A program made the position numbers and the translations under genes. Below, piece after piece: positions 1 through 10,794 of a DNA stretch of 64,000 bases. The first letter of the stretch is position 1; every line of letters begins with the position of its first letter. The notes beneath the pieces are model-generated. The model made no database searches. It saw only the letters and a list, made by a program, of their open reading frames with translations, and had not been told where the DNA came from. The stretch lies in the sequence record NZ_CP154590.1, one strand, 5' to 3'. Source of the stretch: a plasmid.

Positions 1-870
1 ATGAGTAATAAGAAAAAGACACCTGACCTTCGGTGGCTACATTCACTTCCAGTACCTGATGTTGTCCATACCACAGCCCCCCAGCTTCCTGCCCCTGTGA
101 GCGTTTCAGGGGGACGCTGCTATTGCTGCGGTGCTGATATGAAACATCTGTTTATGTTACCAGAATCCCTGCCCTTAACCCGACTTGCGGAAGAAGCACA
201 TGATGCAAAGGCCAGACTCGTCAGAGCGAAAGATACGCTGGCTCAGCTGGCGTCCCGCCCCACGCCACAGGTACCGGCTGAATACGAAAAACATACTCGT
301 GCACTGAAAGCCGCACAAACCGGGATGCAGCACGCATCACTTGCAGCCCGCCGCCTTGCCCTGCGCCAGATTCCCACCGCGCTTCTGACCGATACCGGTT
401 TACTGTCTGATACTGAATATGCTGAGTTCGAACGGCTCACGCAGCCGTTTAATCTCTGTTTTATCTGCCACGCCTGGCATGCCCTCAACGGGTTTGCTGC
501 TGCTCAGGGGGTAATGGTCTGGTTACCGGATCTGCATCCACGTAATGTCGTCGCCCTGAACCGAAAAGCGCTGCAGGCCGTCTTCAGCAACATTCCTTAC
601 AAAATTCGGGAGGGTCGCCGGGTGCTGTCGGAATTGACCCGGCATCGATTGCCTCTGGAAGAACGTTTCGGAGGGTGGCGGCCTGCTGATTATGCCGACG
701 CGCTTAAACGCTTCCCGCCAGTCATTCGCGATGACATGCGACAGAAAATGAATGGAGTGGCGTTGATCCTTACACCGGATTCAGTAACGGACAGTGACGT
801 GCTGTCAGAAATCCCGCAGAAAAAAATAGTATCGGCGCTGCCCACTGGCACCACTGTCACACAAAACTGA
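1..870 (+). CDS. IncI-type conjugal transfer protein immediately upstream of traU (TraT-like by position)
   Basis: 289-aa ORF at the window edge, directly preceding a TraU-like ATPase in an IncI-like gene order; no recognisable motif. Confidence 0.3.
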   Translation: MSNKKKTPDLRWLHSLPVPDVVHTTAPQLPAPVSVSGGRCYCCGADMKHLFMLPESLPLTRLAEEAHDAKARLVRAKDTLAQLASRPTPQVPAEYEKHTRALKAAQTGMQHASLAARRLALRQIPTALLTDTGLLSDTEYAEFERLTQPFNLCFICHAWHALNGFAAAQGVMVWLPDLHPRNVVALNRKALQAVFSNIPYKIREGRRVLSELTRHRLPLEERFGGWRPADYADALKRFPPVIRDDMRQKMNGVALILTPDSVTDSDVLSEIPQKKIVSALPTGTTVTQN

Positions 871-941
871 AGCGCACCTCGTCACACAGATGCGCCATCG
901 AGCCCATCAATACACGCCATCCTGGTGGAGTCTTCACTGCT

Positions 942-3900
942 ATGAATATCAACCGCCTTGTCTTCGCCATTGAAGACGTTATGAACACCTTTTCCCGTTT
1001 CACCATCTCTGCTGACTTTGTCGACTATTGCGACATTCGCACTGTGATCGGACTGGACAAACACGACCTGGAACTCAGACCCTGGCTGGAAGCACCTTAT
1101 ATTGGCGTAACCCATCATGGTTATTACCTCTCTGCATTTGAAATTTCCGGGGCATTGCGTGAACTATCAGAAACCGCCTCAGCCGACCATCCGGATGCGT
1201 TTGAAGGAATGATCGCGCACCTCACATCCACACTCAGTACGACCTGGAAAAATACCGGCCATAAGTTGGCCTTCATTTTTGAACGAGATCCGGAAAAAGG
1301 GCGTGACGAAGTCAGCACCATGATCGCCCCACAAAAACGCTCAATTCAGCACATCGGCATCCAGTTGGATGACCTGCTCAATGAAAAGGTAAACGTAATT
1401 TCACCTTGGCTTGTCCGTGAGCGATGCTGGCTTGCCGTCTGGAGTTCACCGACACTGGTGAGCCATCAGGAAAGAGCAGATTTCAATACCACCGTTCGGG
1501 CTATCCAGGATAAAGCGCCGGTCGCGCGCTTTGGACAGGAGCCCTGGCGCTGGCAAATGTCTGGTCTGAAGATCAGGCATGACAGCTTTATCTCTACTCT
1601 TGAAAAAGCACTCGTACGCGGCGGAGACGGCTTACTTGTCCGCCTGCTAGACGTGCCTGAGTTCTGTAACGAAATCAGACGTGAAACAGCACGTAACAGC
1701 ACATCGGCAGCATGGCGCCCGGCACTGCCGGGGAAAGCCGCACCCTCGGGTACGCTTCAGGATGATGACGCCACGGCTCTGCTTGCTCCCTTCCTGAATT
1801 TTCAGGTTTTTGGTTGTACACCAAAAACTGAAGGTAATCTTGTGTTTGCAGAGGGACTATGGCATGGCATGGTAGCCATAACTCTGCCTCCTCAGAACCC
1901 CAGCCCCTTCAATGAACTGGTTAAACTGGTTCCACGTGCCGTTCCCTGGCGTATTCGGATCGATATAATGCCGGGTGGGATGAAGGCGCTGGGCTGGAAA
2001 AAGAATATTTCATCATTTGGACAATTTATTCCCTCCATTCGTCCTCTTTACGACGCTTTTACGCAGTTGGCTGAAACGGATGAACGAGATCCAGTTTGTG
2101 TGATGACCATTGTGGCTTCCACCTGGGGGCGTACCCGTGAAATATGCACCCGTAATCAGATGCTGCTTGAATCAGCTATGCAGGGATGGGGAGTCTGTAA
2201 CACGACCACAACCTTCGGTGATCCACGTCGGGGATGGGTAAACAGCATGCTGGCAGCGTCAGCAGGTTCAGGCCCCGTCCCGCTTTATCCGCCACTATCC
2301 CATGCGCTTTCTATGCTGCCCTTCAACCGACCAGGTTCCGTCTGGCGCGGGGAAGGTAATTTGATGCTGCACACTGAAGACGGCTGCGCCTGGGAAGTTG
2401 GGCTGGGTTCTTCACGACAGAACAAGCACACCGAACTTGCACCAGGTGACTCAGGTCTTGGTAAGTCGGTACTGATTAATACCCTGACGGAAATACAGGT
2501 ATCTTCCGCCCAAGTTTCACTTCCCTATGTGGCGCATATCGATAAAGGGTTCAGCGCTATGGGGTTCATCCAGCTGATTCGTGACAGTCTGCCGGAGGAG
2601 CGAAAGGACGAAGCCGTCGGTATTATTCTCAGCAACGACCCGTCTAAGTCGCGCAATGTTTTCGATATCCTGTACGGTGCCCATAAGCCAGTAACGCCGG
2701 AGAAGCAATTTATCGCGTCCATGTTGATGGCCTTCTGTATAGAACCGGATAAAGGGACGCCTCCTAACCCGACCGATACCCGGCAGATAGTGAACCGCCT
2801 GATTGATCTGGCGTTCGACATGCGCAGCGGTATTGAGCCAAACATGTTCCGGTCAAACGTAGAGCCAGAAGTGGATGAGGCACTGGAGTCATCCGGGTTG
2901 AGAGATGAGCACGATCAGGAATGGTGGACTGCGACGCCATGGTATGAAGTACGTGATCTCCTCCATGAGCGCGGGCAGTTATCCGCGGCTCAACGGGCGC
3001 ACTATCAGGCAGTACCCGAACTCGCTGATATGCCAGCGCTACTACGCAGTGAGGCAATTCAGGAGAGTTTTGGCAGAGTACAGCGTGACGGTTCACAGGA
3101 GCCACTGCTGGAATACATTGAGCGTTGCATGATTCAGGCTCGTCAGGACTATCCGATGATGGCCAGTCGGACTCGTTTCGCGCTGAACCCGAACACACGC
3201 ATTATTGCCGTAGACTTAAACAACGTCGCCGGCGATAAGACTCCGGCAGGCAGACTGAAAACCGGCATAATGTTCCTCTTTGCTGGCCACATAACAGCTG
3301 GTGATTTTACGCTTCCTCAGTATCAGGAAGAGATAGTGAAAACGGTGCCGGAAGCCTATCTCCCGGGCATTATGCGGCGTATCAACCAACTCGACAGCGA
3401 AATGAAAACCAAAATCTACGACGAGTTACACAACGTCAAGGGCATTGATTTCATCTTCGAAGCGCTGGACACGCAGGACAGGGAACAGCGTAAGTTTGGC
3501 ATCCGCACGGTGTTAAGTACCCAGTTCCTTACCGACTACCCGAAAAGCCTGCTCGATTCTGCCAACACCCTCTGGCTGCTGCGCTACCGCCAGGAAGACA
3601 TCCCTCTTTTACGGGACAGTTTTAAGATCCCCGAACACAATCTCCATGCTTTCCTGCGTATGCCAGCCGGTCCTGCTGCAGACGGTAGTGGAGTACCGAT
3701 GCTGTGTATGATGCGCACGACCCAGGGCACGCTGGCGCGGATTGTCCGGTTTACGCTCGGACCGCTGGAGCTGTGGTCGCTTAACTCAGACAAAAAAGAT
3801 GGTGCGCTACGCAAAAATCTCTCCGCGACGATCGGCACTGCCCGTGCCCGTCAGTTGCTGGCAGATAAGTTCCCACGTGGGTCTGCAAAAAAACTCATTG

Positions 3901-3995
3901 AGTACAGAGAGCGTAACAGTGGCGTCCGTGGTGATAAGGGTGTCATCGAACTGATGGCGGACGAAATGATTAACGAACTGGGGTATGACCTGTGA
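942..3995 (+). CDS. traU: TraU-like T4SS ATPase (DotO/IcmB homologue, MPF-I)
   Basis: 1017 aa, the same size class as R64 TraU/DotO; P-loop GDSGLGKS; first gene of a TraU-V-W-X-Y-ExcA block. Confidence 0.75.
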   Translation: MNINRLVFAIEDVMNTFSRFTISADFVDYCDIRTVIGLDKHDLELRPWLEAPYIGVTHHGYYLSAFEISGALRELSETASADHPDAFEGMIAHLTSTLSTTWKNTGHKLAFIFERDPEKGRDEVSTMIAPQKRSIQHIGIQLDDLLNEKVNVISPWLVRERCWLAVWSSPTLVSHQERADFNTTVRAIQDKAPVARFGQEPWRWQMSGLKIRHDSFISTLEKALVRGGDGLLVRLLDVPEFCNEIRRETARNSTSAAWRPALPGKAAPSGTLQDDDATALLAPFLNFQVFGCTPKTEGNLVFAEGLWHGMVAITLPPQNPSPFNELVKLVPRAVPWRIRIDIMPGGMKALGWKKNISSFGQFIPSIRPLYDAFTQLAETDERDPVCVMTIVASTWGRTREICTRNQMLLESAMQGWGVCNTTTTFGDPRRGWVNSMLAASAGSGPVPLYPPLSHALSMLPFNRPGSVWRGEGNLMLHTEDGCAWEVGLGSSRQNKHTELAPGDSGLGKSVLINTLTEIQVSSAQVSLPYVAHIDKGFSAMGFIQLIRDSLPEERKDEAVGIILSNDPSKSRNVFDILYGAHKPVTPEKQFIASMLMAFCIEPDKGTPPNPTDTRQIVNRLIDLAFDMRSGIEPNMFRSNVEPEVDEALESSGLRDEHDQEWWTATPWYEVRDLLHERGQLSAAQRAHYQAVPELADMPALLRSEAIQESFGRVQRDGSQEPLLEYIERCMIQARQDYPMMASRTRFALNPNTRIIAVDLNNVAGDKTPAGRLKTGIMFLFAGHITAGDFTLPQYQEEIVKTVPEAYLPGIMRRINQLDSEMKTKIYDELHNVKGIDFIFEALDTQDREQRKFGIRTVLSTQFLTDYPKSLLDSANTLWLLRYRQEDIPLLRDSFKIPEHNLHAFLRMPAGPAADGSGVPMLCMMRTTQGTLARIVRFTLGPLELWSLNSDKKDGALRKNLSATIGTARARQLLADKFPRGSAKKLIEYRERNSGVRGDKGVIELMADEMINELGYDL

Positions 3996-4564
3996 TGTGT
4001 TCCATCCACCTGACGCCACGCTGCCGTCGCCCGGCAAAGGGACAGGTCAGACTTTCACGCCTGATGATCGATGTTGACGGCGTGGAGTTTGTTCTACCAT
4101 CTCGTCACTTTCGTACAGACAGTGCAGTGAACTCTCGTGCTGTATACGCTACTGATCGTCGGGCTCCACAAGAAGCCTGTGGCGTTCTTCTTACGATCAA
4201 AGATCGTCCTCGCCAGTTGGTTACTACGGCCATATGGCAGGTAAAAGAGCCAGGCGAACAGGTGCGAGAATCGCGTCATGTGGTCCAGTGGCTGTTACCT
4301 GAGGATATAAGGACGGTGTTAAGTGATGATACCTGGTTATGGCCGGAGGGGGCAGAGACCCCACAACTCAGCCCAGGAGACTGGCCGGTACTGGATATTA
4401 CCCCTTCAACTCACTCACGGATCGCTCGTCGTGGGTTGACTATCATAGACACCCGCAGCCGGGAAGGACGTATCAGCAGACGCTTTCAGACCTTCCCTCT
4501 GGTAGCCCTCGCCCCCGACCCACAGTCAGCTCGCCTTCCCAACGTATTTACCCCGCTCAACTAA
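3992..4564 (+). CDS. traV: TraV-like transfer protein
   Basis: 190 aa; start overlaps traU stop (translational coupling); matches R64 gene order by position. Confidence 0.4.
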   Translation: MMCSIHLTPRCRRPAKGQVRLSRLMIDVDGVEFVLPSRHFRTDSAVNSRAVYATDRRAPQEACGVLLTIKDRPRQLVTTAIWQVKEPGEQVRESRHVVQWLLPEDIRTVLSDDTWLWPEGAETPQLSPGDWPVLDITPSTHSRIARRGLTIIDTRSREGRISRRFQTFPLVALAPDPQSARLPNVFTPLN

Positions 4565-5779
4565 ATGGAGAATTTCATGATACAACGCCATCTCCCCGCG
4601 CTGGCGCTTGCCATCGCGTCCAGCCTTCCCACAGTTGCCAGTGCTTTCACCGTCAACGTGAACTCCAGTGTTCCGATAACTACTCAGGTTCTGCCTGAGA
4701 TGGCCACCATCCAGGCAACGCTGGTCGAAATACTACAGATGCAGCAGGCCACCGGTACAGCAATCACACAGAATGCTGACAAGCTCGGCGCGCTGATTAA
4801 TCAGGATGGACAGGCCACCCGTCAGCAAATGATTTTCAATAATGAAACCCAACGGCTGGAAGAAGCTCGACAGAGTTTTTCGGTACCGGATTCGATCTGC
4901 AGTGATTCAGCCTCCGGCGTTGCTGCACAAAGTAAAAGTGCGTCAGGTAGTACCGCATCAAAACTCTCTTCCGGCAAAGGCGTTTCCAACTCAGCGGTGC
5001 GTAAGAGGATTTCCACTGCATCAGAAGAGCAGGCCCGCGACGCTTATGACGGTGCGAACGTGCATGCAGCGTACTGCACAGCAGCAGAATATGAGCGTTT
5101 TGGTGGGACGGGGATCTGCCCAGCCGTCAGCAAAATGCCCGGTGGTGACAGCCAAGTACGCTCGATCTATGGTGGAGCAGGACCGGAAGGGACGGCACCA
5201 GCACTGTCCTGGACACAGGAACAGACCGACGCCGCAATGGCCTACATGAAAAACACATCGCGCCCTTCGGCCGGTCGCACGCCCGGTAAAGGTGAAGTCA
5301 ACACCGTAACCGGACGGACGTATGTAGGATTGCTCAACGAGTACAACGGTATCACCGATGCCGCCTCTGAACCTCAGCTCTCGCTGATTGCCGACAGTAA
5401 GCCCAGTGAAACCACCCGTGATGCCCTGAAAGAAGCACTGCAGTCCCCTTCCGCAGCGCAGTATTTTGATGATGTGGCTTCACCGGAGGCGAAAGCGAAA
5501 GGCTACATGAGCCAGCGAGAATTTGAATCCTTTGAGGCCGGACGTCGATATGCCAATACAGCCTATCTCTCTGACCTGCAGCAAATGAACGGAGATAACC
5601 TTATGCGCGAACTCATCCGAACCACGGCGCAGATGAACTGGCAACTTAATGACATTAAAGAGTTGATACGCAAAGGGAACGTTATCGACGGCCAGTTGCT
5701 CGCTGCCTTTGCCCGTCAGTCCTATGCCCCACGACTAAAACAACTCGAATCAGCCATGAACCAGGGAGCGGCCAAATGA
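4565..5779 (+). CDS. traW: TraW-like secreted/periplasmic transfer protein
   Basis: 404 aa with N-terminal signal peptide (LPALALAIASSLPTVASA); position and size fit R64 TraW. Confidence 0.45.
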   Translation: MENFMIQRHLPALALAIASSLPTVASAFTVNVNSSVPITTQVLPEMATIQATLVEILQMQQATGTAITQNADKLGALINQDGQATRQQMIFNNETQRLEEARQSFSVPDSICSDSASGVAAQSKSASGSTASKLSSGKGVSNSAVRKRISTASEEQARDAYDGANVHAAYCTAAEYERFGGTGICPAVSKMPGGDSQVRSIYGGAGPEGTAPALSWTQEQTDAAMAYMKNTSRPSAGRTPGKGEVNTVTGRTYVGLLNEYNGITDAASEPQLSLIADSKPSETTRDALKEALQSPSAAQYFDDVASPEAKAKGYMSQREFESFEAGRRYANTAYLSDLQQMNGDNLMRELIRTTAQMNWQLNDIKELIRKGNVIDGQLLAAFARQSYAPRLKQLESAMNQGAAK

Positions 5780-6318
5780 CATCTGAAAAAATAGTCTCAC
5801 GAAAAAAAAGCCTCACCGGGCGTATCACCATCGGATTGCTTAGCATCTTTCTACCTGTGCAGGAAACAAAGTGGTTTCTACGATCAGCTCGACACATGAC
5901 ATCACGCAATCTGGAGCGAATGCGTGATGCCTTTCCTGAGCTTAACACCGACGACAAACTGCCTGCTTCTCCTGATTGGGAAAAAGCCGTTGAGGAATCC
6001 GGCTGTACTACCGAACAGCTGGATAAGGGGTATGTTAGCCAGCGCCGGCGCTGGCGATTTCTGTTCTGGCTTATGATTATACTCGTTCCGCTTGCACCAC
6101 TGACAACATTCATCATCTGTGGGAGTATCACTGCACACCAGATCAGCACCTGTGTGGTGCTGTTTTCCGGCGCTGGCGTGGCGTGGTCAAAAGCGCTAAT
6201 CGTAACCTATCGACTGTGGCAGTTACGCAACCGGCGTGTGAGTCTTGCTGAAGGAGGCACCTTTCAGCATTTCAGGACGGAAACACATGCCTTACGAGAT
6301 TCCATTCTCGGAAAATAA
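5776..6318 (+). CDS. traX: TraX-like small membrane transfer protein
   Basis: 180 aa; two hydrophobic helices; overlaps traW stop; fits IncI order. Confidence 0.4.
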   Translation: MTSEKIVSRKKSLTGRITIGLLSIFLPVQETKWFLRSARHMTSRNLERMRDAFPELNTDDKLPASPDWEKAVEESGCTTEQLDKGYVSQRRRWRFLFWLMIILVPLAPLTTFIICGSITAHQISTCVVLFSGAGVAWSKALIVTYRLWQLRNRRVSLAEGGTFQHFRTETHALRDSILGK

Positions 6319-6374
6319 CGGCCCTCTTCTGCCCCAACCGCCATCCCGGCATTCATGTTTTATCCGGAGTTACC

Positions 6375-8537
6375 GTGAAAAATCTCATTCGTGCGCTTTG
6401 TGCAGGGCTGCTTATACCTGTTATCCCGGCACGCGCCGGTGTCACTTACGATGATATAGTCTCTGCTGCGACCAATGCCCAGGACCTTTCCCGACAGGCT
6501 CTGGTCACTATCTTCGGCGACGTGGTGCTAGACCCTCTCGCCGCCGGTAATACCACGATGATCGGGAATCTGTTTGCGCTGTTTAACGGAATTATTGCCG
6601 TCCTTGCCGTCGTCTGGTTTGTGATTATTGGCCTGAAGCACATCAACAAAACGGGGCATCAGGGCAAGGTATTCAGTGGCGATCGCGATATCACCAGTAC
6701 ACTGAGTACAGTCTCAGGATTCTTGATGATTATCCCGACAGCCAATGGCTGGAGCATGTCTCAGCTCATCATCCTCTGGGGCGCATCGATTATGGGCGTG
6801 GGCTCTGCCAACCTGATGGTGTCCAAAGCTGCAAGTGATATTGCCAGCGGCTACTCCCTGACGGTGCAGCCCACCCAGGCCTCGACCCGTACATCTGCAC
6901 GCGGTATTTTTGAGATGCAGCTGTGCAAATACGCCATCAATACGGCACTGGACGATTACAGCAGCACTGCCAATTCCACCACAGCAAAAATGACTGAGAG
7001 ATTCGGTTCGTCTGGAGGAAATTATACCTACCGGGTCACGAACGGCAGTGGAGTGTGTGGCACAGCAACAATTCCGGAACAACAGAAATCAGGCTCCTCG
7101 TCTGGCTCTGGGAGCTTCTTTAATCCCTTCAGTAATAGCGACACACGTGAAGTCGTGGACGCACAAAACAAAGCGATGGAAGCCATGATTCAGGATATGG
7201 ATAGCGCTGCCAGCGAGTTTGTTACAGGATTTATGAATAAGCGAACGACCGGAAACGGCACACTCCCGGATATAGAAACGCGCATTCAACGAGCTGCCAA
7301 CAACTATGAACAAACAGTACAGCGTGCGCTGCCGGCACAGAGTGAGCAAAATGGCATTCAGGATGCTGTCAGGAATTACCTCGATACATACGGCTGGGCG
7401 TCTCTCGGCGCCTGGTATCAGACTTTCGCAACGGCCAACCAACGCCTGACTGAAGTTGCCAGTCGCGCACCGGCGACCAGTGGGATGTCCTCTCTAGGGG
7501 AAATTGGCAGCGGAGAACTTTTCAGTGCAGTAATGAGCGCATACAGAACTCAATTGCAGAATTCGAGTTACAGTCCGGCGTTGGGGACCACTATCTCAAA
7601 CGATGAACAAACGGCAGTAGATGGGAATGATCCAAATAGTTATTTCATGAAAACTGTCGGTGGGCCCATGCAGAGGTTAACCAACTACTTAGCAACTTCA
7701 TTAAGTGGAACAGGTTCTGTAAATGGGCAAGTTAACCCGCTTATTAAGATGAAAAATGTAGGCGATTACACGTTTGGAGCTGCCGAAGGCACATTAACTG
7801 CATACACAGCTGTTCGAATCATTGCAGCTGCTGGGGAAGGAAGCTTGGTAGGTAAAGCGCTAGATTTATCTACCGGCACAGTCAGCGCGATTAATAAAGG
7901 TCTGGATGCTATATCTCCAGCAATATACTTCCTGCTGCTGCTCATGTTTACGGCTGGGTTTACCTTATCAATCTACTTACCGTTTATACCATTCATTTTC
8001 TGGATGACAGGGATTGGAAACTGGATTGTCAGTGTTCTTGTTGGCTGTGCTGCAGGCCCTCTGTGGGGAGCTACACATCTAGGTACTTCACAGGATCGAG
8101 GTAGTCGTGCTGCGTACGGCTATATCTACTTGATCGACACGATGATACGCCCAACCCTCATGGTGTTTGGATTCTTTTTCGCATCTGTCGCGATTATAGC
8201 TGTAGGTACAATCTTACACGCATTGTTCGGAGCAGCTCTGGTCAATGTTCAGGCAAATTCTTTGACCGGAGTTTTCAGTCTTGTTGGATTCTTAATGATT
8301 TATGCACGCCTGTGTACAGCACTGGTATCCAGTATGTTTGCATTACAGGCATATCTACCGGACTACGTGATTTCATTCTTGGGCGGAAGGGATGCAGCCA
8401 ATACCCTTGGCAGTATGGCTGGCTCAGTGAAAGATATGTTTATAGCCGGTGGGAGAAATATACGCCATACCCCTGGAGTTAATACAAAGGGTATGAATGG
8501 CCCCGATGGAACAAATAATGATGGAATCAAAAGTTGA
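6375..8537 (+). CDS. traY: TraY-like polytopic inner-membrane T4SS protein (DotA-like)
   Basis: 720 aa with many hydrophobic segments in the C-terminal half, large periplasmic loop; position before excA. Confidence 0.55.
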   Translation: MKNLIRALCAGLLIPVIPARAGVTYDDIVSAATNAQDLSRQALVTIFGDVVLDPLAAGNTTMIGNLFALFNGIIAVLAVVWFVIIGLKHINKTGHQGKVFSGDRDITSTLSTVSGFLMIIPTANGWSMSQLIILWGASIMGVGSANLMVSKAASDIASGYSLTVQPTQASTRTSARGIFEMQLCKYAINTALDDYSSTANSTTAKMTERFGSSGGNYTYRVTNGSGVCGTATIPEQQKSGSSSGSGSFFNPFSNSDTREVVDAQNKAMEAMIQDMDSAASEFVTGFMNKRTTGNGTLPDIETRIQRAANNYEQTVQRALPAQSEQNGIQDAVRNYLDTYGWASLGAWYQTFATANQRLTEVASRAPATSGMSSLGEIGSGELFSAVMSAYRTQLQNSSYSPALGTTISNDEQTAVDGNDPNSYFMKTVGGPMQRLTNYLATSLSGTGSVNGQVNPLIKMKNVGDYTFGAAEGTLTAYTAVRIIAAAGEGSLVGKALDLSTGTVSAINKGLDAISPAIYFLLLLMFTAGFTLSIYLPFIPFIFWMTGIGNWIVSVLVGCAAGPLWGATHLGTSQDRGSRAAYGYIYLIDTMIRPTLMVFGFFFASVAIIAVGTILHALFGAALVNVQANSLTGVFSLVGFLMIYARLCTALVSSMFALQAYLPDYVISFLGGRDAANTLGSMAGSVKDMFIAGGRNIRHTPGVNTKGMNGPDGTNNDGIKS

Positions 8538-8592
8538 GATGTGGACATCTATCCAGTAGTGCTATAATATTGATTGAAATACCTAAGGAGGG

Positions 8593-9231
8593 TTGACTGT
8601 GAAAGATAGATTCCCTAAATGGTGGCTTCCATATTATGTAGTCAGAACTCTATTCTTGCGGTTCGGAGTTATTACATTAGTTTTACTTGCTCCGCTATTT
8701 ACTTTATATGTATCGAGCGGGGATTATGTTATTGGAAGTGACTATATTTTTCTCTTTAGTCTTTGGTTTATGCTGTTCGCCCCATTCATCATAAATTACG
8801 GCATAGCCAATAATCGTAAAAAAAAGATCCTTGCTGTTATTGAGAAAATCAAGGATACAGGGCACTTCAAGCCGGACATCAACTCAGAAGGCTGGCTCTT
8901 CTGGCAAAGTACCTATCTGGGTTTCGACTTCCAGCAAGGAACGTTTTTGTACATCAGAATCTATCCTGGCAACGTTATGGATGTCATTGGTTTCGATGCT
9001 TACAGCCTTACCCGTACAGAGGTTGAAGACTCAAAGCTGCGCCTGTTCACAAAGTTTACATCGTTGCCGATGATTCTTATTGATACCGGCGCTGCATCCA
9101 GTATTGCTAACCATTTGCACGCAATGAACAATAAAGGATACAGCTATAACTTTAACTTCAATGATGTCGTGAATAAAAAACGTGCCGAGATCGAAGTTCT
9201 GACAGGACTACCAGTTCCCGTTCTTGCCTAA
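8593..9231 (+). CDS. excA: ExcA-like entry exclusion protein
   Basis: 212 aa; AT-rich gene directly after traY as in IncI1; N-terminal TM helices; strong RBS AAGGAGGG; true start probably GTG at 8599. Confidence 0.45.
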   Translation: MTVKDRFPKWWLPYYVVRTLFLRFGVITLVLLAPLFTLYVSSGDYVIGSDYIFLFSLWFMLFAPFIINYGIANNRKKKILAVIEKIKDTGHFKPDINSEGWLFWQSTYLGFDFQQGTFLYIRIYPGNVMDVIGFDAYSLTRTEVEDSKLRLFTKFTSLPMILIDTGAASSIANHLHAMNNKGYSYNFNFNDVVNKKRAEIEVLTGLPVPVLA

Positions 9232-9255
9232 AACACATCTACTCCCCTCCAATAA

Positions 9256-9286
9256 ATAGCCGGTTTAATTACCGGCTATTTTTATT
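9256..9286 (+). terminator. rho-independent terminator after excA
   Basis: ATAGCCGG-TTTAATTA-CCGGCTAT stem-loop followed by a T-run. Confidence 0.5.
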
Positions 9287-9533
9287 AAAGTAGATCATTG
9301 CCCTGAAAATTCACTCTAAAACAGATAATGATAATTAAAACCACAATCTGACTCCTTATTGATTATTACTCAAATAAAGGGGATCCATATCAGATCCACA
9401 ATAATTTAATTTTTAACCAATCAATATATTTTCACCTTCCGTTGCCATCAGTAAACACGCCTACAGACTTTAGATAAGTCCATGCGTTGTTGCCCTTTTT
9501 TATTCAGTTAGTCTTCATCTTGGGAGTTTATCC

Positions 9534-10742
9534 ATGACATCCGCTCGCGTGGGATCGAATGACCCGCTTGAATTTCTCGGCGCCCTCGCCATCCTGGGAA
9601 TTATGGTTCTGCTTGTCGCTTGGCTGTACTTGCCCGAGTTTGTGTATTGGTCATGTTTCATTTTGCATATCCTGTGGGGTATGGCTGACTTTGGACCATT
9701 CCATACCTGGGCCGCACCGCGCTATAACCTGTTGGCCGTCACCGCCAACAATGCCCAATACATCACGTACGATCAGTGGATCAACGTGATGGAGCAAACG
9801 ACAGGGATCTTGATGATATTCCTCATTCCCCTGTCCACCGCTTCCCTGTGGAGCTGGTTACACCATCCAGCCCGCAACTGGCAAACTCGGCGGGTACTCG
9901 ACATAAGTACATTGCCGTTCGCCATGGAAGCTATTTCTCCTGCAATTTCCCCCATCCTTAGTGAGGGAGATGCCAGTCGTCTCTTGTTGGATAAACGTCG
10001 TCCGGAAAGACGTCCGGCACAAACCCCGGAAGGTTTCGTAGAAGAACATCAACTCATCAGTAACATGCAGCTCGATGTTGCCCGCTGCCGGGCTGTTTTC
10101 ATGGCGCAGCTGGGACGTCCGCTGAATGGATGGAAAAGCCTTGCGCCGCATGAAAAAACTCTGTTCGCAATATTCGGCCTTCAGTTTTTCCTGGACGATC
10201 GCCCGGCAGCAAAAGCGCTGATGGATGAACTGAACCGTTCCTGCCGTCTCAAAAGTCGCCGTGATAAGGGGAAATTCTCAGTACCAGTCTATGCGCTGGC
10301 CAGAACTGCCTTTAAGCGTGTCATCCAGAGCGAAGGCGCGAAAAAGTGGTTGCATGAGCACCGCTACGTCAGAAGTGGCATGGTCTGGCTGTACGCACAT
10401 GATTTACGGCTGACACCGCCTAACTGGTTATGGCTCAAGGGAGTGGATCGTCCCCTCTTCTATGCCCTGCACCGGGCAAACACCACCAAAGGATTTATTG
10501 AAGGAGCAGGTATCGTCGCCGTCGCCCGCACCGAGAGTGAGGCTATACGACTTGGCCTGCCCTGCCCGCAAGCCTGCGTCGATGAAGCCATTGAGGGACT
10601 GCGCATCGATATGCTGTCCTTGGGGCTAATCTGGGACGAACCTCAGCCAGACCTAGACCGCAAGCGCCGCATCCGGACCAACTGGTCACTGACGGAAGAT
10701 GTTATCACTCGCCCGGGAGGCGACGACGCTCCCATCTTCTGA
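9534..10742 (+). CDS. trbA: TrbA (DotM/IcmP-like T4 coupling subcomplex membrane protein)
   Basis: 402 aa, N-terminal TM helices; first gene of the trbABC order that precedes nikB in IncI plasmids. Confidence 0.55.
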   Translation: MTSARVGSNDPLEFLGALAILGIMVLLVAWLYLPEFVYWSCFILHILWGMADFGPFHTWAAPRYNLLAVTANNAQYITYDQWINVMEQTTGILMIFLIPLSTASLWSWLHHPARNWQTRRVLDISTLPFAMEAISPAISPILSEGDASRLLLDKRRPERRPAQTPEGFVEEHQLISNMQLDVARCRAVFMAQLGRPLNGWKSLAPHEKTLFAIFGLQFFLDDRPAAKALMDELNRSCRLKSRRDKGKFSVPVYALARTAFKRVIQSEGAKKWLHEHRYVRSGMVWLYAHDLRLTPPNWLWLKGVDRPLFYALHRANTTKGFIEGAGIVAVARTESEAIRLGLPCPQACVDEAIEGLRIDMLSLGLIWDEPQPDLDRKRRIRTNWSLTEDVITRPGGDDAPIF

Positions 10743-10794
10743 AAATCCGAACATATCTAACGCGAATTAACATACCTTCTACTGGAGTCTCCTT